DNA of 64,000 nt from positions 1,194-65,193 of the forward strand of contig CAZSFY010000021.1 of assembly GCA_964606315.1 (NCBI GenBank). Reading direction: 5' to 3'. The stretch is from an uncultured Chitinophagaceae bacterium (lineage in GTDB: Bacteria > Bacteroidota > Bacteroidia > Chitinophagales > Chitinophagaceae). This document shows positions 38,171 to 48,339 of this stretch, piece after piece. The translations under genes were made by a program, and so were the position numbers. Numbering within the stretch: the first letter of the stretch is position 1; each line of letters starts with the position of its first letter. Below the pieces are notes generated by a model that was not told the DNA's origin, did no database searches, and saw only the letters and a list, made by a program, of their open reading frames with translations.

Positions 38171-39607
38171 ATGCTGATGAAAAAAATCTTACTAGCGATG
38201 TGTGTTGCCTGCAGCGCTGCAGCCTGGTCACAGGAAGGATATGAAATCACCGTTCAACTGAAACCTTATTCGAACCAGCAGATATACCTGGGTTACCATT
38301 ATGGTAAGATAAAAGCGCTATACGACTCAGTGCAACTTGATGCCAATGCTACGGGAAAGTTTAAAGGAAAAGAAGCCTTACCCGGCGGCATCTACTTCAT
38401 TGTATCGCCGGCAAAGCAAATTCTTTTTGAAATATTGATCGATAAAGACCAGCATTTTTCAGTAAGCGCCGATTCCTCAAAGCTGCCCGAAGGCATACAG
38501 TTTACCGAATCCCCTGAAAATAAACAATTTCAACACTATTCGAGCTTTGCAGGAAAACAGGGAAAAGAAATAGCCGACAATAATAAAAAGCTGACGCAGA
38601 CAAAAACAGCAAAGGATTCGGACGCACTTATAGAAAGAAACCGAAAACTGAGCGCCACGCTCACCCATTACCGCGACAGCATCATTAAAAACTATCCCGA
38701 ATCATTTCTTACCTCATTGTTCCTGGCTATGCAGGAACCCAAAATTCCCCCTGTGGCTGAGCATCCCGGCGGCAAATACGATTCCAACTTTGTATATGAA
38801 TATTATAAAGAACATTATTGGGATGATGTTTCTTTTACCGACAACAGGCTGGTAAGAACCCCTTTTTTTGAACCCCGACTGGAAAAATATTACCAGGACC
38901 TGGTTTCACCCAGTCCCGATTCTTTAAAAAAGGAAATAGACTGGATGCTGCTATATTCACGCTCCGCCGATGAGATGTATAAATATCTGATGATCCACTT
39001 TGTACAGAAATATATTAATCCGCAGATTATGGGACAGGATGCAGTTTTTGTGCATCTCTTTGAAAAATATATTAATACCGGTAAAGCAGAATTCTTTTCC
39101 AAAGAATATAAAGATTTTGCCACGCGACGCGCATATAGCCTCATGGCTAACCTGATAGGCAATCACGCCGCGGAACTTAATATGGTGGACACTGCTGAAA
39201 AAGCGACCCCGCTTTACCGGGTAAAATCCGATTTTACAGTTATCTGCTTCTGGGATCCTACCTGTTCACATTGCAAAGAGATTGTTCCCAAAGTAGATTC
39301 AATATATCATGCCAAATGGAAGAATGAAGGTGTTTCCCTGTATGGTGTAAAAACCGATGGCTCGAAAGAAGAATGGACAAAATTCATTAAGGAAAATAAT
39401 TTAAAAGGATGGCATCATGTGTACCAGTTACCAGGTGAGCAGGAAAAAGAAGTTAAGGAATCGAGAGCAGGATACAAACAGTTATATGATGTTTATCAAA
39501 CACCTTTATTATACCTATTGGATAAGGATAAAAGAATTATCGCTAAAAAACTAACATATCTACAAATCGATGAAGTTATCAATGCAAAACTTAAATCGGG
39601 TAAATAG
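38171..39607 (+). CDS. Secreted thioredoxin-fold (TlpA-like) protein with a large N-terminal domain
   Basis: 478 aa with a signal peptide. The thioredoxin motif is FWDPTCSHCKE in the C-terminal third. Confidence 0.8.
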   Translation: MLMKKILLAMCVACSAAAWSQEGYEITVQLKPYSNQQIYLGYHYGKIKALYDSVQLDANATGKFKGKEALPGGIYFIVSPAKQILFEILIDKDQHFSVSADSSKLPEGIQFTESPENKQFQHYSSFAGKQGKEIADNNKKLTQTKTAKDSDALIERNRKLSATLTHYRDSIIKNYPESFLTSLFLAMQEPKIPPVAEHPGGKYDSNFVYEYYKEHYWDDVSFTDNRLVRTPFFEPRLEKYYQDLVSPSPDSLKKEIDWMLLYSRSADEMYKYLMIHFVQKYINPQIMGQDAVFVHLFEKYINTGKAEFFSKEYKDFATRRAYSLMANLIGNHAAELNMVDTAEKATPLYRVKSDFTVICFWDPTCSHCKEIVPKVDSIYHAKWKNEGVSLYGVKTDGSKEEWTKFIKENNLKGWHHVYQLPGEQEKEVKESRAGYKQLYDVYQTPLLYLLDKDKRIIAKKLTYLQIDEVINAKLKSGK

Positions 39608-41165
39608 TTTATTATTATTATTACTCTTTTGCTTTAGTGTTGAGGTTTCTGCCCAAACCTTATTCTCCTACGGAAAAAACAAAGTAAGCAAAGAAGAATT
39701 TCTTGATGCCTATCATAAAAACAATATGGACACTTCCGGCAAAAAGATTTCTTATGAAGATTATCTCGATCTGTATATTAAATTCAAGCTCAAAGTGCAA
39801 TCATCTCTTGATGATAAGTTAGACACCACAGCCGAACAGATCAATGAGATGAGAGCCTTCCATGCCCAACTGGCTAGTAGCTATATGCGTGAAGATGCCA
39901 GTATAAAAATCCTGACAGAAGAAGCTATTGAAAGAAGTAAAAAAGATTTACGCATAGCCGTCGACGATAAGGAGATTGGATGGATCACTGCTTTCTCACT
40001 CTCTTACGCCATAGAAAATATTGCCTATTCTACGCCCGTTGGAAAAACATCCGACACTTTCACTACTTCGTCAGGTACACACAAACTCAAAGTACTGGAA
40101 GAGAGAAAAAACATAGGTGAAATAAGAGTGGCGCAGATATTACTCGGCTTTAAACCTAACACCACAGAAAAAGAAAAACAGGAAGTTGCCTTACTGGCCG
40201 ATTCTGTTTATAAGGCTTTACAAGAAGGAGCCGACTTTGCTTCTTTAGTAGAAAAATATAGCACTGATATGATCACGTTCCGTACCAAAGGTGAAATACC
40301 AGCTTTTGGTCCGGGTAAATATGAACCTGTTTTTGAAAAAGAAGCATTTGCCTTATCACGGGACGGCGACATATCACGTCCCTTTAAAACGGCCTTCGGA
40401 TACCATATCCTTAAAAGAGTTGAGCATATTCCCTCGAAAGATAGCCTGGCCATCAACCAACGGGTATTAAGCAGTGACCGCATGGAGGTTGCGCAAAAAG
40501 TCTTTGTGACGAGAGTGCGTAGTATTATAGCTAAGGACGCTGCTCCGGAAAACCTGGCAAACGATAGCGCTGTTCTCAGTTATTACCGCGATCACCTGGA
40601 AAAATACAATCCTGAATTTGCCAGTCAGCTTAAAGAATTTAAAGAAGGCAACTTACTGTTTACCGTTATGCAGAAAAAAGTTTGGGACAAGGCTGTCGAC
40701 GATTCCGTATCGCTGATGAATTATTATAACGCGCATAAAACTACCTATCAATGGGAAACCAGCGCCGATGCTGTATTAATAACCTTTCTTAACTCCGTTA
40801 GCGATGATCAGCTCAAAAAGGAAGTAAAAGATAATATTAAGCATTGGAGACGCTGGGCCGATGAAAATGAGGGAAATATTCTTGCCGACTCAGGTCGGTT
40901 CGAACTCTCACAGCTTCCCGTAGCTATTGCAGCAGATGCTCCACTGGAATCTGTTGCCAATCCCGTATACAACGAACAGGAAGGCAGTAAAACCACAGTC
41001 TATATTATTCGTACTTATAAGAGTGGGGAAGCCAAAGAATTCGAAGATGCCAAAGGCGCAGTGATCAACGATTACCAACAACTACTCGAAGAAGAGTGGA
41101 TCGCTAATCTCAAAAAACAATACCCTGTTAAGGTCAGGAAAAAAGTGTTGAAGAAGCTGAAATGA
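39570..41165 (+). CDS. Peptidylprolyl isomerase (parvulin/SurA-like), secreted
   Basis: 531 aa with a signal peptide (LLLLLLFCFSVEVSA). A parvulin rotamase motif is present (FGYHILK). The start is either 39570 or 39582. Confidence 0.8.
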   Translation: MKLSMQNLNRVNSLLLLLLFCFSVEVSAQTLFSYGKNKVSKEEFLDAYHKNNMDTSGKKISYEDYLDLYIKFKLKVQSSLDDKLDTTAEQINEMRAFHAQLASSYMREDASIKILTEEAIERSKKDLRIAVDDKEIGWITAFSLSYAIENIAYSTPVGKTSDTFTTSSGTHKLKVLEERKNIGEIRVAQILLGFKPNTTEKEKQEVALLADSVYKALQEGADFASLVEKYSTDMITFRTKGEIPAFGPGKYEPVFEKEAFALSRDGDISRPFKTAFGYHILKRVEHIPSKDSLAINQRVLSSDRMEVAQKVFVTRVRSIIAKDAAPENLANDSAVLSYYRDHLEKYNPEFASQLKEFKEGNLLFTVMQKKVWDKAVDDSVSLMNYYNAHKTTYQWETSADAVLITFLNSVSDDQLKKEVKDNIKHWRRWADENEGNILADSGRFELSQLPVAIAADAPLESVANPVYNEQEGSKTTVYIIRTYKSGEAKEFEDAKGAVINDYQQLLEEEWIANLKKQYPVKVRKKVLKKLK

Positions 41166-42119
41166 TCAAAATACGTTCTTCACTACATTACATATAACAT
41201 GGGGCTTGCCTAATGTATAATAATGCAGTGCAGGAACACCAGCCTTCTTTAACTCCTTGGATTGGTTAAGGAGCCATTCAGCGCCTACTTTTTCTACATC
41301 TGCATCTGATTTACATTTCATTATCTCTGAACTCAGATCATTGGGAATGTCTACAAAGAAGGTTCTTGCTACTACAGAAAGTTGTTTTTTATTGGTAATA
41401 GGCTTTAATCCCGGAATAATAGGTACGTCTATGCCTTTTGCACGACATTTCTTTACAAATTCAAAGAACTTGTTATTATCGAAGAACATCTGGGTCACGA
41501 TATAATCCGCGCCGGCATCTACTTTAGCTTTCAGGTTGTTGAGGTCAGTATCCATATTCGGAGCCTCAAAATGTTTTTCGGGGTATCCCGCCACACCGAT
41601 GCAGAAATTGGTACGAAACCCATCTCTGATATCTTCTTCCAGGTAGATACCGCTATTGAGGTTCACTACCTGTTTTAAAAGGTCAATAGCGTAGCGGTTA
41701 CCGTCGGGCTCCGGTTCAAAAACAGTTTCATTTTTTGCTGCGTCGCCTCTGAGAACCAATACATTATCTACTCCTATGAAATTCAGATCGATCAGCGCAT
41801 CCTCCGTTTCCCGCTTGTTAAAACCACCACAAATAAGATGTGGTACGGCATCTACATGATAATAGTTCATAATAGCAGCGCAGATTCCTACAGTACCCGG
41901 ACGTTTTCTCACTTCCACTTTATCGAAAGTACCATCTGCTTTCTTTTTAAATACATGCTCGCTCCTGTGGTAAGTAACATTAATAAAAGATGGCTTAAAC
42001 TCCATCAGTGGATCGAGGTGTTCATATATCGAATTGATGGTCCTGCCCTTTAAAGGAGGCAGGATCTCAAATGAAATTAAAGTGTCTTTCGCCTGCTTGA
42101 TATGATCAATAACCTTCAT
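41166..42119 (-). CDS. metF: Methylenetetrahydrofolate reductase
   Basis: 317 aa with the MTHFR pattern (ISFEILPPLKG, FINVTYH, VLVLRGD). Confidence 0.92.
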   Translation of the reverse strand: MKVIDHIKQAKDTLISFEILPPLKGRTINSIYEHLDPLMEFKPSFINVTYHRSEHVFKKKADGTFDKVEVRKRPGTVGICAAIMNYYHVDAVPHLICGGFNKRETEDALIDLNFIGVDNVLVLRGDAAKNETVFEPEPDGNRYAIDLLKQVVNLNSGIYLEEDIRDGFRTNFCIGVAGYPEKHFEAPNMDTDLNNLKAKVDAGADYIVTQMFFDNNKFFEFVKKCRAKGIDVPIIPGLKPITNKKQLSVVARTFFVDIPNDLSSEIMKCKSDADVEKVGAEWLLNQSKELKKAGVPALHYYTLGKPHVICNVVKNVF

Positions 42120-42180
42120 TAATAGTCGTTAATGTTTTACAGCGTGCAAACATAGGACAGGTTTTTTGTATTTGTTACGG

Positions 42181-42188
42181 TATTTTTG
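42181..42188 (+). promoter_or_regulatory. -7 promoter box (TATTTTTG) for lptB
   Basis: Exact TAnnTTTG match lying inside the longest-ORF extension that starts at 42166. Confidence 0.45.
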
Positions 42189-42204
42189 CGGGAAAGCTTG
42201 CATT

Positions 42205-42975
42205 TTGGGCAGTGAAATTTATACGAACCAGTTGATAAAGTCTTACCGTAACCGCACAGTAGTGAACCAGGTATCGGTGAACGTAAAGCAGGGAGAAATT
42301 GTCGGATTGCTTGGCCCTAATGGAGCAGGCAAGACCACTACCTTCTATATGGTAGTAGGTCTCATTAAACCCGATCAGGGAAAAGTATTTCTTGATGATA
42401 ATGAGATTACCCGTTTCCCCATGTATAAAAGGGCGCAGTTAGGTATTGGCTATTTGCCGCAGGAAGCGTCTGTGTTCCGCAAGCTGAGCGTGGAAGACAA
42501 TATCATGGCCGTACTGGAAATGACCAAACTCACCAAAGGTGAACAGAAAAAAAAACTGGAGTCGCTGTTGGACGAATTCCGTTTGCACCATGTGAGAAAG
42601 AATAACGGCGATTCATTAAGTGGCGGGGAGCGCCGAAGAACAGAAATAGCAAGAGCATTGGCTGTTGACCCGAAGTTTATCTTACTTGATGAACCTTTTG
42701 CCGGTGTTGACCCTATTGCGGTGGAAGATATACAGGCTGTTGTTGCACGGCTGAAATATCGCAATATTGGTATTCTTATTACCGACCATAATGTAAATGA
42801 AACGCTCTCTATTTGTGACAGGGCGTACCTGCTTATTGAAGGAAAGATTTTCAAGCATGGCACTGCTGAGGAATTGGCGGAAAATGAACAGGTAAGAAGA
42901 CTATACCTGGGAAGGAATTTTGAATTAAAAAGAAAAGACTACCTGCACGAGGAGGCGGCAAGGGAACAACTGTGA
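42205..42975 (+). CDS. lptB: LPS export ABC transporter ATP-binding protein
   Basis: Walker A is GPNGAGKTT, the signature is LSGGERRR and Walker B is ILLDEPFAG. The LptB-type C-terminus is RRLYLG. I propose the TTG at 42205, 16 nt after the -7 box; the start remains uncertain. Confidence 0.9.
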   Translation: MGSEIYTNQLIKSYRNRTVVNQVSVNVKQGEIVGLLGPNGAGKTTTFYMVVGLIKPDQGKVFLDDNEITRFPMYKRAQLGIGYLPQEASVFRKLSVEDNIMAVLEMTKLTKGEQKKKLESLLDEFRLHHVRKNNGDSLSGGERRRTEIARALAVDPKFILLDEPFAGVDPIAVEDIQAVVARLKYRNIGILITDHNVNETLSICDRAYLLIEGKIFKHGTAEELAENEQVRRLYLGRNFELKRKDYLHEEAAREQL

Positions 42976-44480
42976 AAATATTATCTCCTGCCATATCTGG
43001 CCTTGCGCGAATGCGTTCCTGGCGCATCGAAGGATGGAAAACCCACCCCGAAAATTCCCAGCGGGAAGTGTTACAGGATCTCGTTACCTCTGCACAATAC
43101 ACAGAGTTTGGAAGAAAATATGGTTTCTCGAAGCTGTTTAATGTAAAATCATTTAAAAAAGCTGTTCCAATCCATGAGTACGAGGATATCAAGCCTTATA
43201 TTCTCCGTCTGATGGAAGGCGAAGAAAATATCTTATGGAATACACCTGTTTCGTGGTTTGCAAAAAGTAGCGGCACTACCAGCGATAAAAGTAAATTCAT
43301 CCCGGTAACAGAAGAAAGTTTACAAGACTGTCACTTTAAGGCAGCGAAAGATGTGCTTACACTCTATTATACTTTTAATCCCGATTCAGATCTTTTAACA
43401 GGCAAAGGCCTGGTAATTGGGGGCAGTCACACCATTCACCAGATTAATGACGAAGTGCATTATGGCGATCTCAGCGCTGTGCTGCTGCAAAACACTCCAT
43501 TTTATGGTACATGGTTAAAAACCCCTGAGTTGAGTATTGCATTAATGGAGGAATGGGAAGAAAAAATAGAAAGGCTTGCGCAAAGCACCATCAGGGAAAA
43601 TATTACTTCCATTTCGGGTGTTCCTACCTGGACACTCGTATTATTTAAGAAGATACTTGAGCTTACCGGCAAACAGACCATGCAGGAAGTTTGGCCCAAC
43701 CTGGAATTATATATGCACGGCGGCGTTTCATTTACCCCTTACCGTGAGCAATTCAGGAAACTAATAGGAAAGTCTGTCTATTACCAGGAAATGTATAACG
43801 CCAGTGAAGGGTTCTTTGCAGCGCAGGAAATACCGGGTGATGAAGGCATGCTGCTGTTTGTGGACCATGGTATATTCATGGAGTTTATGCCCGTAAGTGA
43901 ATATGGAAAAGATAATCCTGAAACTATCGGGTTAAGAGAAGTTGAACTTGGCCAGCACTATGCCCCCGTTATCAGTACAAATGGTGGGTTATGGAGATAT
44001 CTGGTGGGTGATACTATTCAATTCACCTCTTTAAATCCATATAAAATAATTGTTAGCGGACGCTTAAAACATTACATCAATGCGTTTGGGGAAGAAGTGA
44101 TTGTCGACAATTCTGACCGTGCCATTTTTACCGCCTCACAAAAATGTGATGCTGTTGTAAATGATTATACTGCAGCCCCGCTGTATTTTGGTGATGATAA
44201 CAATGGAACCCACGAATGGCTGATAGAGTTCGAGAAAGAGCCCGCTGATATAAAGCATTTTAGTTTTGAACTTGACAAAGCGCTGCAGGAAATCAATAGT
44301 GATTATGAAGCAAAGCGTTACAAGAATATCGCTTTGCAGATGCCAGTAGTACATGCCCTTAAAAAAGGAACATTTAATAGCTGGCTTAAGAGTCGCGGAA
44401 AACTCGGAGGACAGCACAAAGTTCCGCGTCTATGCAACGAAAGAACCTATATAGAAGATATATTGCAATTTTCTATTTAA
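42972..44480 (+). CDS. GH3 (auxin-responsive promoter) family adenylating enzyme homolog
   Basis: 502 aa. It has an ANL-like P-loop ([13 protein letters not shown]) and GH3-family sequence throughout. The GTG start overlaps the lptB stop (GTGA). Confidence 0.85.
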   Translation: MKILSPAISGLARMRSWRIEGWKTHPENSQREVLQDLVTSAQYTEFGRKYGFSKLFNVKSFKKAVPIHEYEDIKPYILRLMEGEENILWNTPVSWFAKSSGTTSDKSKFIPVTEESLQDCHFKAAKDVLTLYYTFNPDSDLLTGKGLVIGGSHTIHQINDEVHYGDLSAVLLQNTPFYGTWLKTPELSIALMEEWEEKIERLAQSTIRENITSISGVPTWTLVLFKKILELTGKQTMQEVWPNLELYMHGGVSFTPYREQFRKLIGKSVYYQEMYNASEGFFAAQEIPGDEGMLLFVDHGIFMEFMPVSEYGKDNPETIGLREVELGQHYAPVISTNGGLWRYLVGDTIQFTSLNPYKIIVSGRLKHYINAFGEEVIVDNSDRAIFTASQKCDAVVNDYTAAPLYFGDDNNGTHEWLIEFEKEPADIKHFSFELDKALQEINSDYEAKRYKNIALQMPVVHALKKGTFNSWLKSRGKLGGQHKVPRLCNERTYIEDILQFSI

Positions 44481-44545
44481 CTTTTAGCCTTATTAAAACA
44501 GATCACAGTATTATACGGGATTTTCATTAAAACAAATATCTACTA

Positions 44546-45301
44546 ATGAAATTACTTGAAAACAAAGTTGCTATTATTACCGGAGCAGCAAGAGGAATCG
44601 GAGAAGCTATCGCAGAAAAACTAGCAGCGCATGGCGCCAATATAGCTTTCACATTTGTTAGCGATAGCAGCGCTGAGAAAGCCGCTGTTCTTGAACAAAA
44701 ACTACAGTCTCTCGGTGTAAAAGCAAAAGCTTATAAAAGCAATGCCGGAATATATGCCGAGAGCGAATCGTTCGTAAATGATGTGTTAAAAGAATTCGGG
44801 AATATTGATGTTTGCGTAAACAATGCAGGCATATCAAAAGATAATTTATTATTAAGAATGACTGAGCAGCAGTGGGACGATGTTATGGCTGTTAACCTGA
44901 AATCCGTTTTCAATATGACCAAACAGGTTATCAGGCCAATGATGAAATCACGTAAAGGCTCTATCATCAATATGAGCTCTATCATCGGTGTAAGAGGAAA
45001 TGCAGGTCAGTCGAGTTACGCCGCCAGCAAAGCCGGCATAATAGGTTTTACTAAATCAATGGCGCATGAACTGGGCAGCAGAAATATCCGCTGCAATGCT
45101 ATTGCTCCCGGATTTATTGAAACGGATATGACTCATTATCTGCAAGAAGGAGATGCAGCAAAAGCATTTTTGGATAAGATCCCACTTGGACGTTTTGGTA
45201 GCGCCGAAGAGATAGCGAATACCACTTTATTTCTCGCATCAGACTGGAGCAGTTATATTACCGGGCAGGTCCTCAGCGCCTGCGGAGGATTAAATATCTA
45301 A
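44546..45301 (+). CDS. fabG: 3-oxoacyl-[acyl-carrier-protein] reductase
   Basis: 251-aa SDR with TGAARGIG, NNAG and the catalytic YAASKAG motif. Confidence 0.9.
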   Translation: MKLLENKVAIITGAARGIGEAIAEKLAAHGANIAFTFVSDSSAEKAAVLEQKLQSLGVKAKAYKSNAGIYAESESFVNDVLKEFGNIDVCVNNAGISKDNLLLRMTEQQWDDVMAVNLKSVFNMTKQVIRPMMKSRKGSIINMSSIIGVRGNAGQSSYAASKAGIIGFTKSMAHELGSRNIRCNAIAPGFIETDMTHYLQEGDAAKAFLDKIPLGRFGSAEEIANTTLFLASDWSSYITGQVLSACGGLNI

Positions 45302-45304
45302 TCT

Positions 45305-45397
45305 AGTGGACAGTTGACAATGGAGAGTGGAGAGTAGAAAGTTTATAGGTGACAGTGGATAGTGTAAGAATCATTCTCAACTCTCAATTCTCCACTG
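45305..45397. repeat. Heptad-repeat palindromic (REP-like) element, copy 2
   Basis: Eight in-phase heptads run from 45306 (GTGGACA GTTGACA ATGGAGA GTGGAGA GTAGAAA GTTTATA GGTGACA GTGGATA). The shared core and apex (GTGTAAGAATCATTCT) follows, then three inverse heptads (TCAACTC TCAATTC TCCACTG). Sits between convergent fabG and a crotonase gene. Confidence 0.85.
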
Positions 45398-45407
45398 AAT
45401 GGAATGA

Positions 45408-46175
45408 TCAGGTATTTTTCTTCTTTTGCAAAGAATCTATCGCCTGTTGAGTGTATTCGCCTAATGCAAGTCTCCCGCTAATAGCTGCACGTTCAGGAAG
45501 CAGTTGATCCCAATGCTCTGTTTCTTTCCATAATATTTTTTTCAGCTCCGCCATAGCTTCGGGATTATTACGCGACAAGGCATCTGCCAGTCTGTTAACT
45601 GCTTCATCAAGCGCTTCCACACTGGTATGCATTTCTGAATACAGTCCTTTACGCAGGCCCCATTCAGCGCTGCGCCAATGTGTTGAATCTATCGACAGCG
45701 AGCCGAAAGCAGCAGTCCCGATTTTTCTTTCTACAGCAGGAGCAATAACAAAGGGGCCGAAACCTAATGATAATTCACTGAGTTTTACTTCGGCCTGGTC
45801 CGATGCAATAGCATAATCAACCGCAGCAGCAATACCAACACCTCCTCCTACACACTTGCCATGAATTCTTCCTATAATTAATTTCGGACACTTTCTCATA
45901 GCATTAATAACATGAGCAAAGCCACTGAAAAATTCTTTACCGTTTTCGGGATTGTGAATAGCTGTTAACTCACTAAATGCTGCTCCCGCACAAAAAGTTT
46001 TTCCTTCTGATCTTAAAACAATAACGTGAGTATTAAAATCCTCACCCGCTTTATGAATTTCCTGTGCCAATCCATGAAGAATTGACGCCGGCAATGAATT
46101 ACTTAAAGGATGGTGAAAAGTGATAGTAGTTATTTGTGCATGTGTTTCCGATTGAACGTATCCTTCTCTGTTCAT
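45408..46175 (-). CDS. Enoyl-CoA hydratase/isomerase (crotonase) family protein
   Basis: Crotonase fold motifs are present (FCAGAAFSE, GKCVGGGVGIAAAVDYAIA). The ATG at 46173-46175 (MNREGYV...) avoids the overlap with paaZ that the longest ORF (to 46298) creates. Confidence 0.85.
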   Translation of the reverse strand: MNREGYVQSETHAQITTITFHHPLSNSLPASILHGLAQEIHKAGEDFNTHVIVLRSEGKTFCAGAAFSELTAIHNPENGKEFFSGFAHVINAMRKCPKLIIGRIHGKCVGGGVGIAAAVDYAIASDQAEVKLSELSLGFGPFVIAPAVERKIGTAAFGSLSIDSTHWRSAEWGLRKGLYSEMHTSVEALDEAVNRLADALSRNNPEAMAELKKILWKETEHWDQLLPERAAISGRLALGEYTQQAIDSLQKKKNT

Positions 46176-46216
46176 AATGTATGTAGGGTTTAGCTGATAA
46201 TTTTTTGCGTTAATAT

Positions 46217-48268
46217 TTAATTTTTTCGGCGCACCATTGTTAAAATGACTCCTGTTGCGACTATTTCTTCTTCCTGGTCTTTCACCGTAACCAGCCATTT
46301 AACAATGCCTTTGGGAATATCATTTTCATCTTTCTGATCCTGTATTATTTTCTCTCTGCACGTTAACTGTACTCCAATTGTTGTGCCTGCATATACAGGC
46401 TTTAAAAAACGAAACTCTTCTATGCCATAATTTAACAGAACGGGACCTTTTTTCCCATCGACAAATAATCCGGCTGCAGCGCTTAATACAAAATATCCAT
46501 GCGCCACAGGCTTTTCAAAAATTGTTCCTTCCAGTGATGTATGATCAACATGAGCATAAAAATGATCCCAGCTAACATTAGCAAAGTTGACAATATCAGC
46601 TTCTGTTATCGTTCTTTTTTGCGTAATTAAGGTATCTCCTATTTTTAATTCCTCATAATATTTTCTGAAAGGATGTTTATCATCTTCGTATGTTGATGCA
46701 TTATATTGGTAAATATCCGTTACGGCTGTAATACTCGACGGAGATCCTTGTACAGCCACTCTTTGCATATAATGCTTTACTCCGCGAATACCACCCATTT
46801 CCTCACCGCCTCCTGCGCGTCCGGGTCCGCCATGCACCAGTGAAGGTAATGGCGAACCATGACCAGTACTTTCTCTTGCACATTCATTATTAAGGATAAG
46901 AATTCTGCCATGATGTGTAGCTGCACCATATACAAAAGTTCTGGTAATACTGCTGCTTGCTGTTACAATAGAACAAACCAGCGAACCCTTTCCTTTATTG
47001 GCTAATATAATCGCATCATCGGTATGTTGATAGGGCATGATCGTGCTAATCGGACCAAAAGCTTCAACATTATGAGGTTCTTCAGCAGAGAATGGCTGAT
47101 CATTTTTTAATAAAAGCGGACCCATAAATGCCCCCTTATGCTGATCTGCATCCACCACTTCCACACTATCCAGTGAACCGTATATAATTTGGGAAGAGGC
47201 TAATAATTTATGTACCTGGCTTCTTACTTCTTCCCGCTGCGCGAGACCGGCAAGCGCACCCATTCTTACTTTTTCATTTTCGGGATTACCTATTAATACC
47301 TGGTCGAGGGATTGGCTAATAGCTTTCCAGATATCTTCTATTTTATTTTCAGGCACGAATATTCTTCTTACAGCAGTACATTTCTGTCCAGCTTTTACCG
47401 TCATTTCTTTTCTCACCTCTTTCAAAAAGATATCCCATTCAGGCATACCGGGCTCAACATCTTCACCAAGTACAATACAATTAAGAGAATCTGCCTCAAG
47501 ATTAAAAGGAACATTATTATTGATGATAGCCGGATGTGATTTGAGTTTACTTCCTGTTGAAGCAGAACCTGTAAAAGTAACCACATCCTGCGCCTGAACA
47601 TGATCGAGAATATCTCCCGCCGAACCACATAATAGTTGCAGCGATCCTTCCGGCAAAATACCTGAAGCAATAATTTCACGCACTACCGCCTCCGTTAGAA
47701 AAGAAGTCACTGTTGCAGGCTTTACCACAGCAGGAACACCAGCCAGCAGGTTAACAGCAATTTTTTCCAGCATTCCCCAAACCGGAAAATTGTAAGCATT
47801 GATATGAATAGCCACCCCTTCTTTGGGAACGAGTATATGCTGACCAATAAAACTGCCGGTTTTACTCAATCCCACTGCTTCACCATCGACACCGAAAGGA
47901 GCATCATTAAACTTTCGGCGTAGGGACGCATAGGAAAAAAGGTTGCCGATTCCTCCTTCAATATCTATCCAGCTATCCGCTTTGGTCGCTCCCGTTTTAT
48001 AGCTTAATGAATAAAATTGCGGTAAATGTTTTTGCAGGTGAAACGCCAGCGCCTTTAACATCCTTCCTCTTTCGTGAAAACTAAGTTTTCTGAGAGCGGG
48101 GTTCCCCGTTTTTCGCGCATAATTCAAAACAGCAGCAAAATCAATTCCTTTTGTTGAAGCATGGGCAATGGTTTCTCCGTTAACAGCATTGTAAAGTGCC
48201 TGTCCTTCACCATCTCCCGAAACCCATCTTCCGGTAATGTAATTTTCAAGTTTAGGCATGGTAAGCAT
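46217..48268 (-). CDS. paaZ: Bifunctional aldehyde dehydrogenase / MaoC hot-dog hydratase, PaaZ-type
   Basis: 683 aa. An N-terminal ALDH domain is fused to a C-terminal MaoC-like dehydratase (HVDHTSLEGTIFEKPVAHGY). Same length and architecture as PaaZ. Confidence 0.85.
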   Translation of the reverse strand: MLTMPKLENYITGRWVSGDGEGQALYNAVNGETIAHASTKGIDFAAVLNYARKTGNPALRKLSFHERGRMLKALAFHLQKHLPQFYSLSYKTGATKADSWIDIEGGIGNLFSYASLRRKFNDAPFGVDGEAVGLSKTGSFIGQHILVPKEGVAIHINAYNFPVWGMLEKIAVNLLAGVPAVVKPATVTSFLTEAVVREIIASGILPEGSLQLLCGSAGDILDHVQAQDVVTFTGSASTGSKLKSHPAIINNNVPFNLEADSLNCIVLGEDVEPGMPEWDIFLKEVRKEMTVKAGQKCTAVRRIFVPENKIEDIWKAISQSLDQVLIGNPENEKVRMGALAGLAQREEVRSQVHKLLASSQIIYGSLDSVEVVDADQHKGAFMGPLLLKNDQPFSAEEPHNVEAFGPISTIMPYQHTDDAIILANKGKGSLVCSIVTASSSITRTFVYGAATHHGRILILNNECARESTGHGSPLPSLVHGGPGRAGGGEEMGGIRGVKHYMQRVAVQGSPSSITAVTDIYQYNASTYEDDKHPFRKYYEELKIGDTLITQKRTITEADIVNFANVSWDHFYAHVDHTSLEGTIFEKPVAHGYFVLSAAAGLFVDGKKGPVLLNYGIEEFRFLKPVYAGTTIGVQLTCREKIIQDQKDENDIPKGIVKWLVTVKDQEEEIVATGVILTMVRRKN

Positions 48269-48316
48269 TGTTAGCGAACGAAAATACTGGAAATGATGTT
48301 AATGCAAAGTGTAATA

Positions 48317-48324
48317 TATATTTG
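48317..48324 (+). promoter_or_regulatory. -7 promoter box (TATATTTG) for the 150-aa lipoprotein gene
   Basis: Exact TAnnTTTG match 15 nt upstream of the ATG at 48340. Confidence 0.45.
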
Positions 48325-48339
48325 TAAAAAAATATACTA

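Noticed and set aside
40886-40900. GGTTCGAACTC, resembling a tRNA T-arm.
   Set aside because: It is embedded in the peptidylprolyl isomerase coding sequence with no acceptor, D-arm or anticodon-arm context. Not a tRNA.
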